Shown here piece by piece: positions 38,432-47,630 of a stretch of DNA of 64,000 bases (position 1 is its first letter; every line of letters begins with the position of its first letter). A model generated the notes under the pieces. It was not told the origin of the DNA and ran no database searches. It saw nothing but the letters and a program-made list of their open reading frames with translations. The stretch comes from Myxococcaceae bacterium (GTDB lineage Bacteria; Myxococcota; Myxococcia; Myxococcales; Myxococcaceae): positions 1 to 64,000 of the forward strand of contig DATFTC010000425.1 of NCBI GenBank assembly GCA_035262305.1, written 5' to 3'. A program made the translations under genes and the position numbers.

Positions 38432-40117
38432 TTAAGTGACGGCTTGAGTCGCTCGCTTCAGATTGAACCCGAGCGAGAGAACGACCACCGCTGCGCAACC
38501 GATGACGTTGTACCAAAGAAAACCCAGTGTGGAATAGCGAAAGACGATAACCACGATCAGCTGGGCCAGCAGCGTGGCCCAAAAGACCGGCGTTCCGCCA
38601 ACCCGCTTGAGGAAGAATCCCACCAGAAAAACACCGAGCATCGGACCGTAAAAAATCGACCCCAGGATGTTGACGGCTTGAATCAGGTTGTCGAGCAGCG
38701 AAGCGAAGGCGGCGAACAAGACGCCGACGATGCCCCAGAAGACGGTGAAAAGCTTCGCTGCCAGGAGGTAGTGGTCGTTGCTCGCGCCGGGTTTAACGGT
38801 GCGCTGGTAAAAATCGACCACCGTCGTTGTGCCCAGGGCGTTCAAGGCAGCAGCGGTGGCGGACATGGCGGCGCAGAGGACCACCGCGACCAGAAGGCCC
38901 ACCAGACCGGGGGGGAAATGCTTCAGCACGAAGCTGATGAAGACGTAGTCCGCGTCGTTCCTCTCGGCTCGGGGGTCCGCCTTGGCAATGAGGTCCTTTG
39001 CTCGCTCGCGGATGCCGCGAAGCTTCGCTTCAACCGATTTCAAGTCGCGGCCGGCCGGCGAGGAGGACCGCCAATGAGGAGTGGACAACCATTCGTCGAG
39101 GACGTTTTTTTTCTCTAGAAAGGCGCGGCCATAGGCGGACTCAATCTCCTGGAGCTCGGCGGCCACGGGCGTGCTTCGAATTCGGTTCAACTCGGCCTCA
39201 TTGAAGAACACCGGCGGTGGATTGAACTGGTAAAAGACAAACACGATGACGCCGACGAGTAAAATCATGAACTGCATTGGTACCTTCACCAGGGCATTGA
39301 AGAGCAGCCCCAGCCGGCTCTCGGTGAGAGAGGCGCCGGACAGGTACCGCTGCACTTGCGATTGATCTGTGCCGAAGTACGCCAGAGCGACGAAAAGCCC
39401 GCCGGTCATTCCCGACCAGAAGGTGTATCGAGTATCCAAGCGCGTCGAATAGTCGATCACCTTCATTTTCCCGAGAGCACCGGCAATGCCAAGCGCATCG
39501 CCAAATGAAACGTTCGCTGGCAGTCGGGAGAGCACGAAAAAGAAAGCCAATGCCATTCCCCCGAGCATCACCGCCATCTGATACGTTTGAGTTTGGTTGA
39601 CGGCGCGCGTCCCGCCGGAAACGGTGTAGAGGATCACCAGCGCGCCGATCGCGATGTTGGTGAGATGCAAGGGCCATCCAAGCACGGTGGAGAGAATTAT
39701 CGCCGGAGCGTAGATGGAAATGCCGGCTCCGAGCCCCCGCTGCAGGAGAAACAAAAAAGCGGTGAGCTGCCGCGTTTTCAGATCGAACCGGCTCTCCAGG
39801 TACTCGTACGCGGTATAGACCTTGAGGCGCTTGTACAGCGGAACGATCGTCGCCGAGAGGATCACCATGGCGATCGGCAGTCCGAGATAGAACTGCACGA
39901 ACCCCATTCCGTCCTCGTAACCTTGCCCCGGAGTGGAGAGAAAGGTGATCGCGCTGGCTTGGGTCGCCATGATCGACAAGCCAATGGTCAGCCATCGTGT
40001 GTCGCTGCCCCCTCGCAGATACGCGTCGACGCTGCGGATGCCGCGCGTTCTCCAGATGCCGTAGGCGACGATCAGGACCAGGGTCGCGAGCAAGACGGCC
40101 CAGTCGACCGCCCTCAT
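38432..40117 (-). CDS. Sodium:solute symporter (SSS/SSF family).
   Basis: 13-14 TM profile with conserved SSF blocks (GGSDTRWLTIGLSIMATQASAITFLSTPG). Start at MRAVDW, overlapping the stop of the micro-ORF. Confidence 0.75.
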   Translation of the reverse strand: MRAVDWAVLLATLVLIVAYGIWRTRGIRSVDAYLRGGSDTRWLTIGLSIMATQASAITFLSTPGQGYEDGMGFVQFYLGLPIAMVILSATIVPLYKRLKVYTAYEYLESRFDLKTRQLTAFLFLLQRGLGAGISIYAPAIILSTVLGWPLHLTNIAIGALVILYTVSGGTRAVNQTQTYQMAVMLGGMALAFFFVLSRLPANVSFGDALGIAGALGKMKVIDYSTRLDTRYTFWSGMTGGLFVALAYFGTDQSQVQRYLSGASLTESRLGLLFNALVKVPMQFMILLVGVIVFVFYQFNPPPVFFNEAELNRIRSTPVAAELQEIESAYGRAFLEKKNVLDEWLSTPHWRSSSPAGRDLKSVEAKLRGIRERAKDLIAKADPRAERNDADYVFISFVLKHFPPGLVGLLVAVVLCAAMSATAAALNALGTTTVVDFYQRTVKPGASNDHYLLAAKLFTVFWGIVGVLFAAFASLLDNLIQAVNILGSIFYGPMLGVFLVGFFLKRVGGTPVFWATLLAQLIVVIVFRYSTLGFLWYNVIGCAAVVVLSLGFNLKRATQAVT

Positions 40118-40236
40118 TGGTAGACCTTGCTGATCAGCGAGAAGATGAGGACCAGAACGGCCAGCGTCGCAATCACCAGAAAATAGATCCCGGACCAACT
40201 CTTGAACAACGGAGGTTTGTCCGGGTCATTTTCCAT
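40114..40236 (-). CDS. 40-aa single-TM micro-protein translationally coupled to the SSS symporter (DUF3311/DUF4212-like small subunit candidate).
   Basis: MENDPDKPPLFKSWSGIYFLVIATLAVLVLIFSLISKVYQ*. Its TGA overlaps the symporter ATG (caATGAgg). Not in the ORF track (<60 aa). Confidence 0.4.
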   Translation of the reverse strand: MENDPDKPPLFKSWSGIYFLVIATLAVLVLIFSLISKVYQ

Positions 40237-42724
40237 AAGCGATCAGATTCGCAAAGAATCGATATGCGCCAGGAACTCCCGCTGGGAGCTGCCGAAAGAA
40301 TGCCAGCCCGGTGTAGATGAACGCTCCTTTGCCGTACTTGGTCACCAGAAGACTTCCCTTCTTCGGAGGCTCGCCCGGATCGCTCATCGAGAGAACCGCG
40401 TCGTAGTGTTCGCTCCACTTTCCCGCGAAGTAGAGCCCGCGCTCCTGAACCCACCCCTCGAAGTCCGCGTCGCCGAGCTGATTCGGTTTTTGCAGCACCG
40501 GGTGTTTGGGAATCGCGAACTTCACCGCTGCTGTTTCATCGGTAACTCGGTCCTGTGAGATCTCGAACGGGTAAGGCCCGATGTCGGCCGGCAGCTTGCT
40601 GAGGCGATTGTTGGTACTGTACTGAACGACGAGCGTTCCGCCCGCCGAGACGTAATTCATCAGCTTGCGGTGGTAGAAAGGCATTCGTTCGTTTGTGTTG
40701 TAGGCGCGAACTCCGATCACGATGGCCTCGAATCCATTCAACGGCTGATCCCGCAGAGCCTCGTCGCCCAAAATCGTTACTCGGTAACCCACTTGTCGAA
40801 GCGCTGCCGGAACCTCGTCGCCGGGACCTGGGACGTAGCCGACGTTGACCTTGCTCTTTTGCAAATCGAAACGAACGAGCTTGACCCGCGACTCCGGAAA
40901 AAGCGTCTGGATTGGAATATGCGAATGCTCGACCTCCTGGTAACCGCGAGACAGGCTTTGGCCGCGGACTTCGGCAACCAGCCTGAGGGTTCCCGTCGAG
41001 GACGAGCGAGGTCCGGTGGTTGTGGCCTTCGGCGGCTCAACCTCGAAGCTGACCTCTTCCTCGGAGCCTTTCTGGCCCAGCTTGAAGGGAATGGATGGCG
41101 GGTTCGCGCTCCAGCCGGTGGGCAGCTCCGGGCGCAAGGTGCCGGTTGCATCCACCACTCCGGATTTGAGGAAAACTCGCAATTGCTTGGGCTTTCCATC
41201 GGGGAACATCAGGAGGGTCAGCTCTGGATTGACCATGACCGCCGGGACCACCTTCACCGGTCGATAGCGCTCGCCGGCGGTGGGATCGGTCCATTTGTAA
41301 GAGATTGGTCGTACCACGTTGAAGCTGTGCTGACCGGAGCCAAGCACGAACTCCGCGCGCAGGGGCGGGGGCTCCTCGGCCAACCCAATCATCTTTTGAT
41401 CGTCAACGCGGAACGTCCCCGGATCGGGCGGTTGCTCGAGCCAGTAAGGATTGGAAACCGGTGTCCCGGGCGGAACGTGCAGTACGTGCTCGAGCTGAAG
41501 CGATTGATTCGGCGGCAGCGGCTTGTTGACCGGAAGGGTGCTTCCATCGCTGAATCGGATTTCTCGAGGTTGCAATTGCGCGCCGGTCCGGTTGAGCGCT
41601 GCCACATTCACTTTGAGCTCGCCTCCGGCGACGACGTTGAAATCGCTTGCGAAGGCATCGACCCAAACCCCTGCTGCGGCGACAATGGAGGCGATGATTT
41701 CCTGCCGCTTCTGTTCCTTCCAAGGATTGGGAGGAAGCGCCTGCAGCTCTGCGTAAGCCTCCACCAGGTCTGGGATCACCTCTTGAGGAGACGTCGGCCT
41801 GAAGTGCTCCTTCGCTTTCGCCAGCAACTGGACAAGCTTCTTTGAACCCGCGGCGCGGCCCCAACTGAAATCAAGCCCGTCGAAAATGGTTTCTTTGACC
41901 GGGTCTCCCGCGAGCAGCTCGAAATATTCGAGCGCAGGTCCTCGCGAAGGCGCTGCGCCGAAGCCCTGGCTTTTGTGCATGCTTCGGCTGGCCGCGGCCA
42001 TTTCTCCGTAGGACAAGCCCAGGATTGGGTTGTATGTCCCCACGTCCATCTTGATCAGCCCGGAGACGTCTTCAGGTTGGCGGCCGAAGAAGAAGCGGTT
42101 CCACAGCACCCGCTTCGCCTGCCAAGTCCCGACCAGCTTGACCTGCTCGGGATGAAACGACGGGTCGGCAGCCGCACGAAAAGCCTCCACCGTCAACGCA
42201 GCGGACGCGGTGTGGTGTCCGTGCGTGTCTGCGCCGCGGGGTGGAAAGCGAGAGATGATTACGTCCGGCTTAAACGTCCGAATCACCCAGACCACATCCG
42301 CGAGCACAGCGTCGCGACCCCAGATCGAGAGCGTCTCCTCCGCGGACTTGGAGTACCCAAAATCACGCGCGCGAGTGAAGAACTGCTCGGCGCCGTCGAT
42401 CCGGCGCGCCGCCAGAAGCTCCTGCGTCCGGATCAACCCGAGCAGGGAACCCTGCTCGGGGCCGATCAAGTTCTGCCCTCCCTCGCCCCTGGTCACTGCG
42501 AGATAGGCGGCGCGAAGCAACTTTTCGTTCGCCAGGTACGCCAGCAATCGGGTGTTCTCGTCGTCTGGATGGGCGGCGACGTAGAGGACATTTCCGACCA
42601 CCGATAAGCGCTCGATGTTCCGCAAAAGCTCCGCGGCACTGGGTTGCCGGGGAGGGTCTCCAGCAAGGCCTGCTTGGGGATTGAGGACCAACCCGAGCGC
42701 CGCGGTCAAGCCGAGTGATTTCAT
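40226..42724 (-). CDS. Large (~830 aa) secreted protein with an N-terminal PIG-L / LmbE-family deacetylase domain and a C-terminal ThuA- or GATase1-like region.
   Basis: MKSLGLTAALGLVLNPQAGLAG (signal-like), then VLYVAAHPDDENTRLLAYL (PIG-L HPDDE motif)...PRGADTHGHH. The C-terminal VIGVRAYNT...GTLVVQYS region resembles ThuA/class-I amidotransferase-like folds. Confidence 0.6.
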   Translation of the reverse strand: MKSLGLTAALGLVLNPQAGLAGDPPRQPSAAELLRNIERLSVVGNVLYVAAHPDDENTRLLAYLANEKLLRAAYLAVTRGEGGQNLIGPEQGSLLGLIRTQELLAARRIDGAEQFFTRARDFGYSKSAEETLSIWGRDAVLADVVWVIRTFKPDVIISRFPPRGADTHGHHTASAALTVEAFRAAADPSFHPEQVKLVGTWQAKRVLWNRFFFGRQPEDVSGLIKMDVGTYNPILGLSYGEMAAASRSMHKSQGFGAAPSRGPALEYFELLAGDPVKETIFDGLDFSWGRAAGSKKLVQLLAKAKEHFRPTSPQEVIPDLVEAYAELQALPPNPWKEQKRQEIIASIVAAAGVWVDAFASDFNVVAGGELKVNVAALNRTGAQLQPREIRFSDGSTLPVNKPLPPNQSLQLEHVLHVPPGTPVSNPYWLEQPPDPGTFRVDDQKMIGLAEEPPPLRAEFVLGSGQHSFNVVRPISYKWTDPTAGERYRPVKVVPAVMVNPELTLLMFPDGKPKQLRVFLKSGVVDATGTLRPELPTGWSANPPSIPFKLGQKGSEEEVSFEVEPPKATTTGPRSSSTGTLRLVAEVRGQSLSRGYQEVEHSHIPIQTLFPESRVKLVRFDLQKSKVNVGYVPGPGDEVPAALRQVGYRVTILGDEALRDQPLNGFEAIVIGVRAYNTNERMPFYHRKLMNYVSAGGTLVVQYSTNNRLSKLPADIGPYPFEISQDRVTDETAAVKFAIPKHPVLQKPNQLGDADFEGWVQERGLYFAGKWSEHYDAVLSMSDPGEPPKKGSLLVTKYGKGAFIYTGLAFFRQLPAGVPGAYRFFANLIAYGK

Positions 42725-42738
42725 TCTCAATTGCTCGT

Positions 42739-43911
42739 TTAGGCGGCGAGTAGGTGATGATAATATTGCTCGTATCGCGACACCATTGGTTCGAGCATCC
42801 ACTTCTGCTCCACCATTGCTCGTGCCGCGGTAGACATCTGCCGATACAGGGAGTCTTCTCGAAGCAGCCGAATGGCACTGCGCGCCATCGATGAGACATC
42901 CCCTACGTCGTGGAGGAAGCCAGTTTCGCCGTCGACAACGACTTCCGGCATGCCGCCGACCCGCGAGGCTACCACCGGAATTCCGCAGCTCAGGGCTTCG
43001 AGCGCCGCCAGACCGAAGCTTTCGGTCTCGCTCGGAAGCAAAAACACGTCGCTGTTTTGTAGCACCTCGAGGAAGTTCAGTTGCTTGCCCAAGAAACATA
43101 CCGTGCCGGCGAGATTCATCCGGTGAACCAGGCTTTCGATGCGCGAACGCTCGGGGCCATCACCGACGAGAACCAGAACCGACGGCACCGTCTTGTGAAC
43201 CTCCGCAAAGGTATGAATCACGTCATCGACGCGCTTCAGTGGGCGGAAGTTCGAATTGTGGATCAGCACCCTGGGCTCGCTGCGGCCGCCGGCCAGCTTC
43301 CCCTCACCAAACAGCCGCTTCAGGTGGTCCCATCGCTTGTGCTCGACGGGTTTGAAAGCCTCGGTATCGACGAAATTGGGAATGACTTCAATCGGCACCG
43401 AGCGAGGCACGTCGAGCTTGTCGTAAGTCGCCTGCTTCAGATAGCGGGAGGGGACGGTTACTCCGTCGCTTTTGACGATGGAAAATCGGGTGATGGGCAG
43501 AAAGGAGCGATCGCTGCCCACGACGGTGATGTCCGTTCCATGGAGCGTCGTCACGACTCGCGGCGCACCAGGGCCGAGGATCTCCCGTGCCAGAAAAGCG
43601 CTGGTGGCATGAGGAATGGCGTAGTGAACGTGGAGGAGATCCAGCTTCTCGTAGGTCGACACCTCCACCATCTTCGAAGCGAGAGCGAGCGCGTAGTGGC
43701 TGTGATCGAACAACGGGTACTCGAGAACCTCCACCTCGTGGAAGAAAACGTTGTCGTGGAATTGATCGAGGCGGGAGGGAACCTCGTAGCAAATGAAATG
43801 CACCCGATGGCCGCGCCGAGCCAGCGACAGGCCGATTTCGGTCGCAATGATTCCACTCCCTCCGAAGGTCGGGTAGCAGGTGATACCCACGCCCAGGTGC
43901 CCGCCGCTCAC
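42739..43911 (-). CDS. bshA: N-acetyl-alpha-D-glucosaminyl L-malate synthase (bacillithiol biosynthesis GT4 glycosyltransferase BshA).
   Basis: [34 protein letters not shown]...FHEVEV...[11 protein letters not shown]...[12 protein letters not shown]...[10 protein letters not shown]...[31 protein letters not shown]. These align block-for-block with my recollection of B. subtilis BshA ([34 protein letters not shown]...). Confidence 0.75.
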   Translation of the reverse strand: MSGGHLGVGITCYPTFGGSGIIATEIGLSLARRGHRVHFICYEVPSRLDQFHDNVFFHEVEVLEYPLFDHSHYALALASKMVEVSTYEKLDLLHVHYAIPHATSAFLAREILGPGAPRVVTTLHGTDITVVGSDRSFLPITRFSIVKSDGVTVPSRYLKQATYDKLDVPRSVPIEVIPNFVDTEAFKPVEHKRWDHLKRLFGEGKLAGGRSEPRVLIHNSNFRPLKRVDDVIHTFAEVHKTVPSVLVLVGDGPERSRIESLVHRMNLAGTVCFLGKQLNFLEVLQNSDVFLLPSETESFGLAALEALSCGIPVVASRVGGMPEVVVDGETGFLHDVGDVSSMARSAIRLLREDSLYRQMSTAARAMVEQKWMLEPMVSRYEQYYHHLLAA

Positions 43912-45524
43912 AGCTGCACTTCCCGGACTTCCCCGGCAAACGGGTCGAGCGCGGCAAAAACTTTCTCTTTCAGCGCGGTCACGCCGTACTTGCAGGCAAA
44001 GTAGGGCAGGGAGTCACAGCGCTCCTGCGGGATCTCGTCGGGCAGGAGCATCAAGCGCAGTCGGTCAATCCGCTCATCGGCTAGGCGATTCTTGTCGAGC
44101 AAGGAGCGGCTGTACCGGCCGCTGAGCCGCGACGCCGCTCGCGCGACGGTGGCTCGCGTGCGGTTGACCGCCTTGAGCAAACCAGGATCGAGCGATTGCG
44201 CAATGGGCTGAAACTCATCCAAGTGGCGTGAGAAGTCCGTCATCAGCTGATGCCTAACAACTTCGGGCGCCGGATAATCCGCACCACTCGCATCGGCGAT
44301 TTGCCGGCGCAGTTGATCGCGTGGTTTTTCGGCATCGGACGGGCCGAGGTGCAATTTGTCGAGCAAAGATCGCGCCTTCGCTTCGAGGCATCGAAAGCGA
44401 GCCCGGGGGACCACCAGAGGGATCGGAAGGTCAAAAATCCGGTACACGGGTGGGAGTTGAGCGAAATAACTGAGCTCCGCCGGGCCTCCTACGTATGCGG
44501 CGGTGGGCAGCAGGTGATCCTGAAGAATCGGCCGCAGTAAGGCCGAGCTGCTGAAGCGGAGGGGGTCCGCTTCGAGGATGCGCACTAGCTCTTCGGTCGA
44601 GATCGTCTCGTTCGAGCCCACCAGAGACCATGCTGGCCCCTGCCTTTCGAGGCGGAAGCGTTGTCCTTCGGCCCGATGCCGATGGAAAAAGAACAGCGGC
44701 GAGCCGGTCCGGACATGGACCTGCACGGCAAAGCCCGCGGCCTCCAGGGCTCCGGCCCGCTCAAGCAGAGCTGCCGCAATGCGCTCAGAGTCGATCAGCG
44801 CTTTGCGGTAGATCGGAATGGCGATTCTTGCGACGGCTTCATTCCTGGGATCGAAAACGATCAATCCTTCGTCAGCGAAAAGCGCCGCCAGCAATCCGCC
44901 GAACGCTCCGGGAAGGGTTTGGCCAGTGCGGTAGTGTTCTCGGATGAGAGGGAGGACCTCTGCTGAGAAGGGGAGCTCGCCGAGGCACTCTTCAAGGGTC
45001 GCCGCCAGTTGCTCGCTGTCCGCGTCCAGGACGCGGTGGGCAACCGAAACTCGGTCCCCGGAAGCGCCGAGTTGGTCGTCGAGGGCAAGCCGTTTTCTCG
45101 TTCCATCCGGAAGAAGGATGTGACAGTGGTTTATTTCCGGGAAATCGTGATCTTCCGTCTGCAGCCAGAAGACAGGCGCGCAACGAACTTGCGATTCTCG
45201 CTCCAAAGCGCGGGCGGCGACGATCGCCGAGGCCGCCTTGTAGAACGTAAAGAGCGGTCCAAGAAATAGGCCCGGCTGTTGGCCGGTGACCACAGCAGCA
45301 GCGCGGCCATCGGCCAGCGCGTGCAACATTCCCCTTCGGGCTGCGCTGGGCGGCAGCCGTTCGTCCTGTCGCTGCAGCTCCTCGTGCAACCCCGGCGCGA
45401 TCGACCTCTCGGCGGCGCGCCGCACATGCGCAACGCGCGCATCTCGATCTCGAAAGCTCGCTGGGAGCAGCGACTGGGCAGCGGCCTCTCCGGCAAGGAA
45501 AGAGCGGAAGAAGGGTTCGCCCAT
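43908..45524 (-). CDS. bshC: Bacillithiol biosynthesis cysteine-adding enzyme BshC.
   Basis: AAVVTGQQPGLFLGPLFTFYKAASAIV and PVFWLQTEDHDFPEIN mirror the BshC (YllA) blocks [25 protein letters not shown] and FWVAGEDHDLDEIN as I recall them. 538 aa. ATGA overlap with bshA. Confidence 0.7.
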   Translation of the reverse strand: MGEPFFRSFLAGEAAAQSLLPASFRDRDARVAHVRRAAERSIAPGLHEELQRQDERLPPSAARRGMLHALADGRAAAVVTGQQPGLFLGPLFTFYKAASAIVAARALERESQVRCAPVFWLQTEDHDFPEINHCHILLPDGTRKRLALDDQLGASGDRVSVAHRVLDADSEQLAATLEECLGELPFSAEVLPLIREHYRTGQTLPGAFGGLLAALFADEGLIVFDPRNEAVARIAIPIYRKALIDSERIAAALLERAGALEAAGFAVQVHVRTGSPLFFFHRHRAEGQRFRLERQGPAWSLVGSNETISTEELVRILEADPLRFSSSALLRPILQDHLLPTAAYVGGPAELSYFAQLPPVYRIFDLPIPLVVPRARFRCLEAKARSLLDKLHLGPSDAEKPRDQLRRQIADASGADYPAPEVVRHQLMTDFSRHLDEFQPIAQSLDPGLLKAVNRTRATVARAASRLSGRYSRSLLDKNRLADERIDRLRLMLLPDEIPQERCDSLPYFACKYGVTALKEKVFAALDPFAGEVREVQL

Positions 45525-45532
45525 CGACTTGA

Positions 45533-46375
45533 TCAGCTCTTGTTACCCTTCCAGTCCTTGAGGGCCTTGTTCACGTCGTCCGCCATGAAGAAGGCTTGCG
45601 GGGTCTTGTCCCCGAGCGCCTTGGCCTTTTGCGCGTAAGTCATCGCATCCTTGTACTTCCCCTTGGCCGCCAGGAGCTGGGCCTTGGTCCAGAGGTTGTA
45701 CCAATGCTCTTTCGCCGCGATTGACTTGTCCACCAATTGCAAGCCTGCGTCGTAGTCCTTGACCGATTCGAGCATGTATCTGGCGGCGGTGTTGTACGGA
45801 CCCCAAGCGCCCTCGGTCATGGCCTTGATGTTGGCCAGAGCCTGCGCCTGCGTGGCGAGCTTGATTGGGAGAGAGACTCGCAGCTTTTCCCATTCGAGGT
45901 CCACCGACGCCGAATCGTCCGTGAAGTCGGAAATCGCGTAGGACAGCCGCTCGCGGTGGGGAACTGCCTTCGGCAGTACCTGGACTCGTACGACGTCGAG
46001 ATCCTGTTTGTAATTGGAAGCGCCGTTCTGGTTGAAGTCCTTGTTGAGGATCACTGTCCACTCGGCCGCGGTGGGGATGGCGAAGAACGCATAGGAGCCC
46101 GCGGGTACAGCGCTGGTTCCAACGGTCACGTCCTTAGTGAAGGTGATCTTTGTCGGCTGATTCGCACCGGTGCGCCATACCTCGCCGTAGGGCACCAGAG
46201 CGCCCCAGATCTTCCGGCCTTTCACCGCCGGGCTGCTGTACTCGACAGTGATTTCGGTCAAGCCCACTGTCTGTGACACCTTGCCTGCCGGGCTGGGCCG
46301 TGGAAGTTGGAGTTGCCCGAACGCGGAAAACGGGGCCAGACAGAGCAAGGTCATGACAAGCGGGCGGCAATTCAT
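45533..46375 (-). CDS. Secreted protein, tentatively DUF2911-like, with a TPR-like C-terminus.
   Basis: Signal peptide MNCRPLVMTLLCLAPFSAFGQ; ...YGEVWRTGANQPTKITF motif; C-terminal helical repeat (KEHWYNLWTKAQLLAAKGKYKDAMTYAQKA). Confidence 0.4.
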   Translation of the reverse strand: MNCRPLVMTLLCLAPFSAFGQLQLPRPSPAGKVSQTVGLTEITVEYSSPAVKGRKIWGALVPYGEVWRTGANQPTKITFTKDVTVGTSAVPAGSYAFFAIPTAAEWTVILNKDFNQNGASNYKQDLDVVRVQVLPKAVPHRERLSYAISDFTDDSASVDLEWEKLRVSLPIKLATQAQALANIKAMTEGAWGPYNTAARYMLESVKDYDAGLQLVDKSIAAKEHWYNLWTKAQLLAAKGKYKDAMTYAQKAKALGDKTPQAFFMADDVNKALKDWKGNKS

Positions 46376-46517
46376 GTTGTGATCCCTCATTCGACGGACC
46401 TTCCTTTCGGAAAAAGCGCAGGCGAGCGTTTCACGCTCGGCGGACGCCTTCATAGATCGATCGGCGCGAGCCCGCCACGACGATTTTCAGCGAGCCGGGC
46501 AGACTCGCTGATCAGGC

Positions 46518-47492
46518 TCAGCCGAGGTCCGTCCAATTCGCCGCGCGCGCTCCGCCGGCAACCATCTGCAATTCGGTAGGCGCGCGCAAGTGCTCCTCCC
46601 GGGCGGGTGGATCGAATGGCGCCCGTCCGATCTGGTTGGTGCGCCAACGAGGGCTGAAGCTGCCGAGAAAATAGTTTCGGAAACACCACCAGGCGAAGCT
46701 CCTGGTGCGAAGCTCAGCCTCGATTTGGCTCTCGATGGCGGTGTGTAGCTTCGGCAATGTGGTCCAGTGCGCGCCCGCCTTTTCGTGATGCGCGGCGTGA
46801 AACCCATTGTTGAAGAGGAGAAAATTGAGAATCTTGCCAATAAAGCTGCGCGAGTGGTTGTGATCCGACCACGGATCCGTGTGCACATGCTGGACGAAGT
46901 TGAAGAGCATGATCGTCCAAAGGGCGAACAGCGCCGGACACCCGAAGATAAGAACCCAGCTGCCGATCCCGCTCCATAACCCGAAGCGAGCGCAGGCGAT
47001 CCCCAGGAGCAGAACGTGCGCTCCGGCCCAGACGACGTATTGATTGACAATCAGCCAGAAGAGCCGCCGGTTTTTGCTTCGCGCGTTGCGAATGTAGGCT
47101 TTGATTACGTCGCCTTGAAAGTAACTCGACACAAAGAAGTAACTGGCTGCGACGAGCGCACTGTTTTGATTCGTGTACCGCCAGGTGATGGTGGCGTCAC
47201 CCGCGCGATTGGCGAACTTGTGATGATTGAGATTGTGGGTTGGTATCCAGGCAAAGGTCGGATAGCCGTAGAAAATGGACAAGCTATAGGCGAAGAGATT
47301 GTTCGCCCTTCGGCTTCTGAATGTGGGGCAGTGGTTGTGGTTGTGGGCAATCACTCCAGCCGAAAGGGCCAAGTAGCACGACACCGGCAGCAGGTACGGC
47401 ATCGCATGAGTGGCCAGTTGGGCAGACGCAACGAGGACCATCAGCGCCACCCAGACGAGGGTGCGCCAATCGGCGCGGTTACGGAGCAGCAT
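46518..47492 (-). CDS. Membrane fatty-acid desaturase family protein.
   Basis: Three His boxes: HNHNH, HNLNHH, HAAHH, with TM segments between them. Confidence 0.7.
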   Translation of the reverse strand: MLLRNRADWRTLVWVALMVLVASAQLATHAMPYLLPVSCYLALSAGVIAHNHNHCPTFRSRRANNLFAYSLSIFYGYPTFAWIPTHNLNHHKFANRAGDATITWRYTNQNSALVAASYFFVSSYFQGDVIKAYIRNARSKNRRLFWLIVNQYVVWAGAHVLLLGIACARFGLWSGIGSWVLIFGCPALFALWTIMLFNFVQHVHTDPWSDHNHSRSFIGKILNFLLFNNGFHAAHHEKAGAHWTTLPKLHTAIESQIEAELRTRSFAWWCFRNYFLGSFSPRWRTNQIGRAPFDPPAREEHLRAPTELQMVAGGARAANWTDLG

Positions 47493-47630
47493 CAGTGGGG
47501 GCCTCGTGTCCAGCGTTAGGCTGCGCGATCTCGGACAGTCTACCCGGCCTGTAGCGCAATGCACGACTATTCCGTCCTGCTCGTTCAGCTTGAACTCCGT
47601 GTACGGTCAGCGCGTATCGCACATTGGCGC

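Noticed and set aside
40670-41845. 391-aa plus-strand ORF.
   Set aside because: It is antisense to the LmbE-type deacetylase gene and has no motifs.
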